NCBI GenBank assembly: GCA_934613415.1
Contig: CAKTSY010000004.1
Coordinates: 120,001-152,000 of the forward strand
Origin: an uncultured Opitutales bacterium
GTDB taxonomy: Bacteria > Verrucomicrobiota > Verrucomicrobiia > Opitutales > Intestinicryptomonadaceae
Direction: 5' to 3'
Length of the DNA: 32,000 nucleotides
The number at the start of each line of letters is the position of its first letter. The first letter of the stretch is position 1. The notes beneath the pieces are model-generated. The model was not told the origin of the DNA. It did no database searches and worked only from the letters and a program-made list of their open reading frames with translations. This document shows positions 15,603-24,273 of the stretch, in pieces. The translations under genes and the position numbers were made by a program.

Positions 15603-17777
15603 ATGAAAATATCGACATTAAAAACATTATCGGCGGCGGCCTTTATGGCGGCGGCCTCGTTCTCGTATGCCGACACTTTGTACTACATGCAAAGCTTCCC
15701 TACGGGCGACAGTTCTAACACGGCCGACGGAGCCTCGTTTTTCGATACTAACGATGTTAGCGTGGCAAAGAAGAAGGCCCGCGCCCCGAAAGCGGGCGAC
15801 ACCGTAATTTTTGCCGACTACGACTTTAAGGCCTCCCAAAAAGTTTATGTGGAATCCAAGAAAAACGACAGGTACTACGACCAGCTTACCGATGCGCAAA
15901 TTACCAGTTTAACAAGCAACATACACAACGCCGGTACAATTTTCGAGGTAGAAAATTTGTCGTTTTCGCTTAGCAGCGGCTACAAGCACCGCGGTCCAAG
16001 CGACTGTTCGCTAGAAACAACAGCCCGCAAAGATTTCGGCATAACGACCTTTTGCCCCGACGCGACAAAGGCGGCAGAAAAGAATATTGTTAGAATTAAC
16101 GGTCTTTTGAAGGTAGACGGCGGCAAAAGCTTTTATATTCAAGGCGGCAACGACATAGGAGGAAGAAACTACTGCAAAGAAATTTCGGTAGGTGAAATTC
16201 AGATGACCGACGGCGCCACTTTGGAGGGCTATTCTACCGCCCTTAGCATAGCCAAATGGTGGACATCGCTTGTAAACGTTGGCGTAAACACCACAAACGA
16301 CGGCTCGGTTGCGGCAAACGGCAAAACCTCGCTTATAGGAGAAAATACAACATTTTCCCTCGGCGCGAACAAGACCGAAACCCCGACCGGCGGCCAAACC
16401 GTAAACCTGGGCTCTATAGAAAACAACGGCACAATGAGCGTAGGCAGCGGCAACGACCTTAACCAATACGGCACATTTACAAACAACGGCTCGGTTACCG
16501 TAAATTCGGCAAACTTTGTTGTAAACGGCTCGCTTGTAAGCAACGGCAAATTTGCTATTTCAAAATACGCCGGCAACTTTGAAAACCGCGGCAATATTAC
16601 AATGAGAGAGAAGTACGTTAACGAGTCGGGCGCGGAAGCTACAAACTCTACGGTATTTTCGCAGGCAGCCAAAAACGACTTGTACGGCACATTTACCGTA
16701 GACGGCAGCAACGCCACGGGCAATGCAAAAACCCACTACGAAGTTTGGTTTTATAGCGACACTGTAATCCACGAAGGCGCGGTTATAAACGCAGTTAGAG
16801 GCACAGACGCAAACTGCGGCAACGTAATTTTGGGCTTCGGCAACGGCGGCAATGTTGTAAACTACGGCACAATTAACCTCGACGCAAAAGGCGCGCGCAA
16901 TGCATTCTTGCACCTTATGCCCTCGAAATCGTTTAAGGGTATGGATAGCGGCGTTATCAACCTGCTTTCTAACGGAGCAACTATATATTTCGGCGCAAGC
17001 GACACCGAATTGGGCAATGTTCAAGGCTCGGGCAGCGCAACTTCGCGCGCGTCTTCCAGCACAGACGCCACCGTTGCAATAGGCACAAACAACGTTTCAA
17101 AATTGTTCGACGCAAACTTGTCTTTCCAAAACGGCGGCAATTCCACCCACGACGGCGTGCTTAGCGTTGTTAAAAACGGCAAATCCTGGCAGCGCATATA
17201 CGGCGGCGAGAGCAACTATACGGGAACAACCACTGTTAACGACGGCGCACTGTTTATAGCAAAAACAAGAAGAAACTTGGCCTCCAGCCAGGACAACGGT
17301 ATGAGCACTGTTGTTACCCTAAACGGCGGCTATTTCGGCAGCGCGGGCCGCGCCGACAAGGGCTGCTACATAGACGGCATCAGCTTTAACAGCGGCAAAC
17401 TCTTGTATAACTTCGAGTTCGGCAACAGCCTGCAAATTACAATGAAAGATTCGTCGGCTTTGCTTGGCGGCATTTTGGCTAGCGACTTTGCTTTTGCAAA
17501 TGCAACTTCTATGATTGGTGTAAAAACCGACTTGTTCTGGTTTGACGGCGAAGATGTTGAAAGCATTGGCTCGTACCTGCAGGCAATTATAGACAGCGAC
17601 GAAAACGGCAAATACGAATTTGTAGACGTAAAAACTGGCAATACCTACTATGCAGAATTTTCGTCGGAAGACCCGACTGTATTTTCGGTAACCTTGTCGG
17701 TTCCCGAACCCTCTACATGGGCTGCAATATTCGGCGCGTTGGCTTTGGCTTTTGCAATCTACCGCCGCAGAAAGTAA
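15603..17777 (+). CDS. PEP-CTERM-anchored surface protein with PATR-like beta-helix repeats (724 aa), tandem paralog 2
   Basis: It has a signal peptide (MKISTLKTLSAAAFMAAASFSYA) and the same PATR-like unit. Its last 57 aa are identical to paralog 1, including the PEP-CTERM signal. Confidence 0.92.
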   Translation: MKISTLKTLSAAAFMAAASFSYADTLYYMQSFPTGDSSNTADGASFFDTNDVSVAKKKARAPKAGDTVIFADYDFKASQKVYVESKKNDRYYDQLTDAQITSLTSNIHNAGTIFEVENLSFSLSSGYKHRGPSDCSLETTARKDFGITTFCPDATKAAEKNIVRINGLLKVDGGKSFYIQGGNDIGGRNYCKEISVGEIQMTDGATLEGYSTALSIAKWWTSLVNVGVNTTNDGSVAANGKTSLIGENTTFSLGANKTETPTGGQTVNLGSIENNGTMSVGSGNDLNQYGTFTNNGSVTVNSANFVVNGSLVSNGKFAISKYAGNFENRGNITMREKYVNESGAEATNSTVFSQAAKNDLYGTFTVDGSNATGNAKTHYEVWFYSDTVIHEGAVINAVRGTDANCGNVILGFGNGGNVVNYGTINLDAKGARNAFLHLMPSKSFKGMDSGVINLLSNGATIYFGASDTELGNVQGSGSATSRASSSTDATVAIGTNNVSKLFDANLSFQNGGNSTHDGVLSVVKNGKSWQRIYGGESNYTGTTTVNDGALFIAKTRRNLASSQDNGMSTVVTLNGGYFGSAGRADKGCYIDGISFNSGKLLYNFEFGNSLQITMKDSSALLGGILASDFAFANATSMIGVKTDLFWFDGEDVESIGSYLQAIIDSDENGKYEFVDVKTGNTYYAEFSSEDPTVFSVTLSVPEPSTWAAIFGALALAFAIYRRRK

Positions 17778-17806
17778 TACAATTTTTTCACTTCTCTTCT
17801 TCCTTC

Positions 17807-17837
17807 GGGGGCTTGATATTATAAGCCCCCTTTTTTT
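17807..17837 (+). terminator. Intrinsic terminator after paralog 2
   Basis: GGGGGCTT-GATATTAT-AAGCCCCC followed by T7, about 30 nt after the stop. Confidence 0.8.
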
Positions 17838-17924
17838 ATGTCTATTTCGCGCAAAAATTTTGGCAAAAAACTGCAAAAAGAATTTGATTTTTTAAAATTC
17901 TAAGAGTTGTATTTTGGCTTTTAT

Positions 17925-18818
17925 ATGCGCGAATATACAAAAGCCACTTTAACGGGAATGCTTGCCCCGCTCTGTTGGGGCACAACGGTAGGTCTTGTAA
18001 GAACAATAACCGAGCAGTTCGGTTTGTCGGCTGGACTTACATTTTTATATGCGTTTATTGTTATTATGCTTTTGGGCGTGTTGGGCTTTCCAAAACTTGG
18101 GCAATTCCCCAAAAAATATTTATTGTTCGGGCTGCCTTGGGCAAACTTGTGCTCTATATTGTTTTGCGTTTCAATGTATATGTGCCAAAACGAAAGGCAA
18201 ACGGTTGAAGTTGGCATGGTAAACTATATGTGGCCGTGCTTGGTTGTGCTTTTTGCGGTAATAATAAACCACCAAAAGGCGCGCTGGTGGCTAACCCCCG
18301 CATTGCTTATAAGCGTTTGGGGCATTATGATTGTTACGGGCGGCGAGCGAGGCGCCGACATTAAAGGTATGCTGCACAACATAGGCCAAAACCCCTACTG
18401 CTATTTTTTGGCATTTTTGGGCGCGGTTTCGTGGGGGATATATTCCAACCTAACGCGCCGTTTTGCGGCGGGCGCAAACCCCACAATTTTAATTTTCTTT
18501 ATAGACTTTTTAATTTTCGGCTCGCTTTGGCTTTGCGGCTTTGGCGACATTAGCGGCGTAAACACATTCGGCTGGCTTAGCGTGGTTATAGGCGCGGTGG
18601 CCTTAGGCGGCGGCTATGCGGCGTGGAACTACGGCATTGCAAAGGGCAATATTACAATATTGGCGGTATCTTCCTACTTTACGCCCGTGCTTTCGTGTAT
18701 ATTCGCCTCTATTTGGATTGGAGCAGCCCTTAGCGTTAACCTTATTGTAGGCGTTAGCATTTTGGTTTTGGGCTCTATCTTAACTTGGAGCGCAACCGAA
18801 TTTGCAAACCAAAAATAG
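17925..18818 (+). CDS. yddG: DMT-superfamily (EamA-type) exporter, YddG-like aromatic amino acid exporter
   Basis: There are about 10 TM helices. Blocks VEVGMVNYMWPCLVVLFAVIINHQK, PYCYFLAFLGAVSWGIY and AAWNYGIAKGNITILAVSSYFTPVLS closely parallel my recollection of E. coli YddG. The track start at 17907 is TTG; the ATG at 17925 is preferred. Confidence 0.75.
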   Translation: MREYTKATLTGMLAPLCWGTTVGLVRTITEQFGLSAGLTFLYAFIVIMLLGVLGFPKLGQFPKKYLLFGLPWANLCSILFCVSMYMCQNERQTVEVGMVNYMWPCLVVLFAVIINHQKARWWLTPALLISVWGIMIVTGGERGADIKGMLHNIGQNPYCYFLAFLGAVSWGIYSNLTRRFAAGANPTILIFFIDFLIFGSLWLCGFGDISGVNTFGWLSVVIGAVALGGGYAAWNYGIAKGNITILAVSSYFTPVLSCIFASIWIGAALSVNLIVGVSILVLGSILTWSATEFANQK

Positions 18819-18878
18819 TCCACACAGTTATCGATTTATTTTGACAAAAAAGCCCAAAAAAAATAGGCTGAAAGGTCT

Positions 18879-21344
18879 ATGAACAAAACTGTATTATATG
18901 TTGGGGCGTTTGCACTGCTTGCCATTTGCCAAAGCTTTGCGCGCCAGATAACACCCTTAGAAGAAAACTGGAAATTTACCCGCCAAGACAACCCGAATTT
19001 TGCCTGCGAAAATTTCGACGCAAGCAACTGGCAAACCGTAAATGTGCCGCACGACTGGGCTATACGCGAAAATTTCGACATTTCTATAGACCAAAGTTTG
19101 CGCTACAAAAAAGACGCCTCGGGGCAAATCACAGCGCAGATTACAACAGGCAGAACGGGAGCCTTGCCCTACATAGGCAAAGGCTACTACAGGCATAATT
19201 TTGAAATTGCAGGCAGCGACAAAGACAAAAAATTCTTTTTGGAATTCGACGGGGCAATGAGCCACGCAAAAGTGTATGTAAACGGAAATTTTGCGGGCGA
19301 ACACCCCTACGGCTACGCCTCGTTTTCGCTTGATATTTCGAACCTGGTAAAAATAGGCAAAAACACAGTTGCAGTTTCGCTAGAAAACAAGGCGCGTTCA
19401 TCTAGATGGTACCCCGGAGCTGGGCTTTATAGGAATGTTAGGCTTGTTAGCACAAACAAAACCTACATTCCCTATAGCGGCATCTACATAAAAACGCCGA
19501 AAGTTTCGCCCGAAAAATCGCTTTGCGAAATTCAAGTGCAAGTAAAAAAACAAACTTTTAACCAGCCCCTTACTTTTAAGGCAAAAATTTTCGACAGCGA
19601 AAATAACCTTGTTGCCGAAAAATCGGTTTCTACCGAAAAAGATTTGGCAAATATTGCCATAGAGCTAAAAAACGCAAAGCTTTGGAGCGCCGATTGCCCC
19701 AACTTATATACCGCAAAAATTTGCGTGCAAGAAAACGGCAAAGATGTTGATTGCATTACAAAACGTTTCGGCTTTAGAACCGTTAGCATGACGCTAGACG
19801 GCTTTAAGATTAACGGCAAAAAGGAAATCTTAAAGGGTGTTTGCCTACACCACGACTTTGGAGCCTTGGGCGCAGCCTACAGCCAAGCCGCAATGCGCTA
19901 CCGCATAAATATGCTTAAGGAAATGGGCTGCAACGCAATAAGAACCTCGCACAACATTCCAGACCCCAATATGCTGGATTTATGCGACGAAATGGGCATG
20001 TATGTTATGGACGAAATTTTCGACGAATGGCAGATTGCCAAATGCCCCAACGGCTACAACAAAGACTGGAAGAGCTGGGCAAAAAAAGACATAGACGCCT
20101 TTGTTAAGCGAGACCGCTCGCACCCGAGCGTTGTTTTATGGAGCATAGGCAACGAAATTCGCGACCAAATGACGTTGGAAATAGGCGCAAAAAATTCCAA
20201 ATTTTTAACGGAGTCGGTAAAGGCGTTAGACAACACGCGCCCCGTTACCGCAGGGCTTCACCCCAACTACAGGCTTGCCGAAAACGTATACGGCAAATAC
20301 TGCCAAGTTCACGACCTTGTAGGCTACAACTACAAACCCAATTTGTACAAGGAGACTATGCAAAAGCTAAGCAAGCCCGCCTTCGGTAGCGAAACAATTT
20401 CGCAGCGCAGCACAAGGGGCTACTACGTTTTTGCAGATTCCAACGACGACTATAAGTATAACGACTTGCAAGTTACAAGCTACGATATGCTTAAGGGGGC
20501 AGCCTCTACAAAAATCTATACGGAATGGTTTTACCAAGACCAGCTTGAAAACTTTATAGGCGAATTTGTTTGGACTGGGTTTGACTATCTTGGCGAGCCC
20601 TCGCCCTACGACATTCTAAGCATAGCAAAAAGCTCGTATTTTGGAATTATAGACTTGGCGAATTTAAAGAAAGACCGCTTTTACCTGTATAAGAGCCGCT
20701 GGAACACAAAAGAGCCCACTTTATACCTTTTGCCGCACTGGACGCACCCAAGCAGAGTGGGCAAAAATGTTCCAGTACACTGCTACACCTCGTACGACAA
20801 GGCCGAGCTTTTTGTTAACGGCAAAAGCCAGGGCATACGCGAAAAATTCAAGGGCTTTGACCCCAAAAAAATGCCCGAACGCTACTGCCTTATGTGGAAC
20901 GACGTTGTTTACCAGCCCGGCGAAATCAAGGTTGTAGCCTACGACAAAACCGGCAAAATTGCAGCCGAACAAACGGTTAAAACCGCCGGCAAACCAGCCA
21001 AAATAAAGCTTACGCCCAACAAACAAAACATTATGATAGACGGCAAAGACCTTGTTTTTGTTGAAGTTGAAATTACCGACAAAGACGGCGTGCTTTGCCC
21101 GAACGCGCAAAACCCGATATTCTTTAGGGTTGAAGGCAACGGCGCGCTTGCGGGAGTTTGCAACGGCAACCCCGTAGACCACACGCCCTTTTCGGCGCAA
21201 TGGATGCGGGCGTTTAACGGCAAGCTTGGCGTAATATTAAGCAGCCCAAGCAAAGAAAGCGGCTTAATGACGCTTAGGGCAATCACCAAAGACCTGCCCG
21301 AAGCCGAGCTGAAAATTATGGCAACCCCTGAACAAACCGAATAG
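18879..21344 (+). CDS. Glycoside hydrolase family 2 (beta-galactosidase-like), secreted
   Basis: It has a signal peptide and the sugar-binding-domain motif NWQTVNVPHDWAI. The TIM-barrel blocks are NAIRTSHNIPDP, VVLWSIGNE (acid/base Glu) and FGSETISQRSTRGYY (candidate nucleophile). Its 821-aa length fits GH2 with C-terminal Ig-like domains. Confidence 0.9.
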   Translation: MNKTVLYVGAFALLAICQSFARQITPLEENWKFTRQDNPNFACENFDASNWQTVNVPHDWAIRENFDISIDQSLRYKKDASGQITAQITTGRTGALPYIGKGYYRHNFEIAGSDKDKKFFLEFDGAMSHAKVYVNGNFAGEHPYGYASFSLDISNLVKIGKNTVAVSLENKARSSRWYPGAGLYRNVRLVSTNKTYIPYSGIYIKTPKVSPEKSLCEIQVQVKKQTFNQPLTFKAKIFDSENNLVAEKSVSTEKDLANIAIELKNAKLWSADCPNLYTAKICVQENGKDVDCITKRFGFRTVSMTLDGFKINGKKEILKGVCLHHDFGALGAAYSQAAMRYRINMLKEMGCNAIRTSHNIPDPNMLDLCDEMGMYVMDEIFDEWQIAKCPNGYNKDWKSWAKKDIDAFVKRDRSHPSVVLWSIGNEIRDQMTLEIGAKNSKFLTESVKALDNTRPVTAGLHPNYRLAENVYGKYCQVHDLVGYNYKPNLYKETMQKLSKPAFGSETISQRSTRGYYVFADSNDDYKYNDLQVTSYDMLKGAASTKIYTEWFYQDQLENFIGEFVWTGFDYLGEPSPYDILSIAKSSYFGIIDLANLKKDRFYLYKSRWNTKEPTLYLLPHWTHPSRVGKNVPVHCYTSYDKAELFVNGKSQGIREKFKGFDPKKMPERYCLMWNDVVYQPGEIKVVAYDKTGKIAAEQTVKTAGKPAKIKLTPNKQNIMIDGKDLVFVEVEITDKDGVLCPNAQNPIFFRVEGNGALAGVCNGNPVDHTPFSAQWMRAFNGKLGVILSSPSKESGLMTLRAITKDLPEAELKIMATPEQTE

Positions 21345-21371
21345 AAAAACGCGTTGCAGAAACAAAAAAAC

Positions 21372-21402
21372 AAAAAGCCCGAAAACAAATTCGGGCTTTT
21401 TT
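21372..21402. terminator. Bidirectional intrinsic terminator between convergent GH2 and DUF1080 genes
   Basis: AGCCCGAA-AACAAA-TTCGGGCT flanked by A5 upstream and T6 downstream. Confidence 0.75.
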
Positions 21403-21425
21403 GTGCGTTAAATTTTTTTTGGGGC

Positions 21426-22130
21426 TTACTTTTTTATTTCGCGAATTTTTATGTTGCGAAAATCTGTTGCGGCCTGCCCGTGCTTGCCCTGAAAGCCTAT
21501 TTTGCCAACGGTTGGCATTTCGCACTTCTTATGCTCGGTTAGCCACGGCAAAATCTTTACGCCGTTGGGTCCTATTTTATTGTCTTTCCATTCCGACATG
21601 TCCATTTTGCAGGCGTGTTTGCCGTTTAGCCAAACGTCTATTTTTTGTCCTTCGGCGCGAATCTTCATCTTTTGCCATTCGCCAAAAGGAAGCCTTGTGT
21701 CGATTTCGGTTGCAACGTGCCCGAAAATTGCCGCGCAATTTCTGGTTGCCGAACCGAACTTTTCGCACGAGCTGTCGGCAATTTGCACTTCAATAGAATT
21801 GGGTATCCATTTTTGCGTGTTTGTGCAGTAAATCACAACGCCGCTGTTCGACTCTTTTTCTATCCTAAATTCAAGCTCCAGCTCGAAATTTTGGTAGTCA
21901 GCCTTGGTAAATATAATTTCGTCTTTATTGGCGCGAATTACGCCGTCTTTGTCTATGCTCCAAACCGCCTTGTTGTAGTCGGCGTTCGACAAGTCGGCGG
22001 CAAAAAGGTTTTGCCAATCGTTTTGGGCGCATTCCTTCTTTGCCGAGCCGCAAGTTTGGTCTTTGCAGCAGCCTGTAGAAATAAGCGCGGTTATAAGCAA
22101 TAGCGAAGCTGTCTTTAATGTGTTTTTCAT
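21426..22130 (-). CDS. DUF1080 / 3-keto-disaccharide hydrolase-family lipoprotein
   Basis: The C-terminal GKIGFQGKHGQAATDFRNIKIREIKK is the typical ending of PF06439-type domains. The ATG at 22130 gives a signal/lipobox MKNTLKTASLLLITALISTGC. The track ORF extends spuriously to 22193. Confidence 0.8.
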   Translation of the reverse strand: MKNTLKTASLLLITALISTGCCKDQTCGSAKKECAQNDWQNLFAADLSNADYNKAVWSIDKDGVIRANKDEIIFTKADYQNFELELEFRIEKESNSGVVIYCTNTQKWIPNSIEVQIADSSCEKFGSATRNCAAIFGHVATEIDTRLPFGEWQKMKIRAEGQKIDVWLNGKHACKMDMSEWKDNKIGPNGVKILPWLTEHKKCEMPTVGKIGFQGKHGQAATDFRNIKIREIKK

Positions 22131-22157
22131 ATATACCGTGTGTTTTGTTAAAGCCGA

Positions 22158-22187
22158 ATTATGGGCAAAAACGCGCGGCATAGTCAA
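22158..22187 (-). promoter_or_regulatory. Candidate sigma70-type promoter (TTGACT-N18-CATAAT) for the DUF1080 gene
   Basis: The minus strand has TTGACT at 22187-22182 and CATAAT at 22163-22158, about 28 nt upstream of the ATG at 22130. Confidence 0.4.
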
Positions 22188-22201
22188 CCGCAAACATATT
22201 G

Positions 22202-22627
22202 TTATTTGCCGTTAAACGAGCCTGAATAGTTGCCGTGCGCGTCTCTATAAGTTGTGTTGCTACCGTTTGTAGACGAGCTGCCCGAAAAATTGCCGTGGCT
22301 GTCTCTAAATGTTTTGCCGCCCATCGAATTTGAACTTGCCGACCACGCATAGTTGCCGTGCGCATCTCTATAGGTTGTATTGCCCCCGTTTTCGGTAGAA
22401 CTGCCCGCATAGTTGCCGTGCGCATCGCGGTAGATTGTAGTATTGCCGTTTTTTGTGGCTGTCCCCGCAAAATTGCCGTGCGCATCGCGATAGATGGTTG
22501 TATTGCCGTTTGTTGTTGCACTGCCCGCATAGTTGCCGTGCGCGTCTCTAAAGCTTCCGCTTTGAGCAAAAAGCATAGAACAGCCCGTAAAAACTAAAAA
22601 CGAAAATATATATCTTAAAGATTTCAT
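22202..22627 (-). CDS. Small secreted/lipoprotein made of about six tandem 20-aa (Y/F)RDxHGN(Y/F) repeats (141 aa)
   Basis: It has a signal peptide with a possible lipobox (FLVFTGC). Repeats FRDAHGNYAGSATTNGNTTI, YRDAHGNFAGTATKNGNTTI and so on then run to the stop codon. A strong AGGAG Shine-Dalgarno and a TATAAT (22651-22646) lie upstream. Confidence 0.85.
   Translation of the reverse strand: MKSLRYIFSFLVFTGCSMLFAQSGSFRDAHGNYAGSATTNGNTTIYRDAHGNFAGTATKNGNTTIYRDAHGNYAGSSTENGGNTTYRDAHGNYAWSASSNSMGGKTFRDSHGNFSGSSSTNGSNTTYRDAHGNYSGSFNGK
22205..22552 (-). repeat. Coding tandem repeat, period 60 nt (one 63-nt unit), 5 full units plus one 45-nt partial
   Basis: I derived the unit boundaries by hand: 22493-22552, 22433-22492, 22373-22432, 22310-22372, 22250-22309 and the partial 22205-22249. 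The shared plus-strand core is TTGCCGTG(C/G)(G/C)(C/T)(A/G)TC. Confidence 0.9.
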
Positions 22628-22685
22628 AAATGCTCCTCTCTATTCATTATATCGTTAATATCAAAAAGTTATCACATATAAAAAC

Positions 22686-22714
22686 AAAAAAAACGCCCGA
22701 TTTGTTTCGGGCGT
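22686..22714 (-). terminator. Intrinsic terminator after the sialate O-acetylesterase gene
   Basis: The minus strand reads ACGCCCGA-AACAAA-TCGGGCGT followed by T8, about 18 nt after the stop at 22732. Confidence 0.8.
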
Positions 22715-22731
22715 TGGGAATTTTTAAAAAA

Positions 22732-24267
22732 TCATTTTTCCGCCTTAAACGACATTGCGGGCAAGCCCTGCGTGTTATATAGGCATATTTCCGGCAAAGC
22801 CCAGCTTTTCCACAAATAGCGAACACCGCTAATTTCGGAATTTTGCGGGGCAAAAATTTCTACCGTGCCAGATTCGTTTACCAAAACTTTTTCGGCCGCC
22901 TGCCAAGAGTTGCCTACCTTAACTTCAAAGCCCTTTGCTTTGCCTTTTAAAACAAGCTTGCTAGAATACATATCAAATTCAACCAAAGCCCTATTTTTGC
23001 TAATCTTTGCACTTTTAAACATCGGGCTATGTTCGCCTTTAATGTCTTTTTTGCCGTATATGTTTTTTAATGCAATGTTAAACAGGCGTTCGCCTACTTC
23101 ATCTTTGCGCTGCGGGTGAATTTGGTTCTTTTCGCCCAAGTCTAAAATAACGGCCATTTCAATATTGTCCATTTGCCTAAAGCATTTGAACTGCTCAAAG
23201 CGCGTTTGCTGCCAGTTTTCACTCTCGCGCCAGTGCGTTGTTACGTCGAAAGACGTAAGCTGCACGGTATAAAACGGCAAATTGGGCATTTCAAAATGCT
23301 TGCGCCAAGCGGCAACCAAAGTTTCAAACTTGTCGGCAAAAATTTGCGGTTGCCCAAAATCGCCCTCGCCCTGATACCAAAGCACGCCTCTTACGCCATA
23401 ACCGCACAATGGGGCAACCTTTGCGTTATACAAAAATGCTGGGGTGTTTTGCACGCTAAGGGGCGTTTCCTCTAAAGGCTTATTGGGCTTCGATTCCTTA
23501 AACTCTTTGTTTCCCTTTTTTGCCGCCTCTTTTTTTGCCTCGTATTTTGACAAAGCTTTTTCGTAGTCGTAGTCTTCGGCAAGGCGGTCGTAATATTTAA
23601 GGAATTCTTTGTAGCCTTTGCCTTGTTCGGCATCTTCGTAAGGCAAAAACGCCACCATCGACGCTCCGCCCATTGAGGTTCTAATAAGACCTACGGGAAC
23701 GTTCAGCTTTTCGCACAATCTTTTGCCAAAAGCATAGCCTATTGCACTATAACGCCCAACTGTTTGCGGCGTGCACACAACCCAAGCGGCATCTGCGGGG
23801 AAATCTTCCTGGGCTGTAGAAGCAATAGCGTCGTGCTTTTGAATAAAGCTTCTTAAAAGGGGTTTATTGCCCTCTTTTACGGCAACGGCATGCGCCGCGG
23901 GGCACGAACCCAAATTCCAGTCCATATTCGACTGCCCGCCGCATATCCAAACTTCGCCTACAAGCACGTTTTTAATTTGCTTTTGGACTTTGCCGTTTTC
24001 GCTAACTGTAATTTGCTTTGGGCTGCTATCGGGCTGCATTGCAGGCAGCTTTAAAGACCATTTGCCGTTATTGTCGGCAATAGCCTGCCCTTTTACTCCG
24101 CCAAAGAGCACGGCAACTTTTGCGTTCGGCAAAGCTTTGCCCCAAATTTTTACGGGCTCGCCACACTGTAAAACCATATTGTCCGAAAAGATTTTCGGCA
24201 TCCAAATTTCGCCAACGGCGCAACTGGCGGCCGCCAGCAAAGAAACAAACATCAATTTAGTTTTCAT
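22732..24267 (-). CDS. Sialate O-acetylesterase-family (SASA/SGNH-like) carbohydrate esterase, secreted
   Basis: It has a signal peptide and the VWICGGQSNM block with the catalytic Ser context GQSNM. Its two-domain, roughly 510-aa layout is typical of bacterial sialate 9-O-acetylesterases. Confidence 0.8.
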   Translation of the reverse strand: MKTKLMFVSLLAAASCAVGEIWMPKIFSDNMVLQCGEPVKIWGKALPNAKVAVLFGGVKGQAIADNNGKWSLKLPAMQPDSSPKQITVSENGKVQKQIKNVLVGEVWICGGQSNMDWNLGSCPAAHAVAVKEGNKPLLRSFIQKHDAIASTAQEDFPADAAWVVCTPQTVGRYSAIGYAFGKRLCEKLNVPVGLIRTSMGGASMVAFLPYEDAEQGKGYKEFLKYYDRLAEDYDYEKALSKYEAKKEAAKKGNKEFKESKPNKPLEETPLSVQNTPAFLYNAKVAPLCGYGVRGVLWYQGEGDFGQPQIFADKFETLVAAWRKHFEMPNLPFYTVQLTSFDVTTHWRESENWQQTRFEQFKCFRQMDNIEMAVILDLGEKNQIHPQRKDEVGERLFNIALKNIYGKKDIKGEHSPMFKSAKISKNRALVEFDMYSSKLVLKGKAKGFEVKVGNSWQAAEKVLVNESGTVEIFAPQNSEISGVRYLWKSWALPEICLYNTQGLPAMSFKAEK

Positions 24268-24273
24268 GTACGT

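Noticed and set aside
22202-22552. The 60-nt periodic repeats could be mistaken for a CRISPR array or a non-coding satellite.
   Set aside because: The units are contiguous with no spacers. They keep one open reading frame with a signal peptide and a Shine-Dalgarno, and they differ largely at synonymous positions. This is a coding tandem repeat. The overlapping ORFs 22159-22569 and 22358-22597 are artefacts of the repeat.
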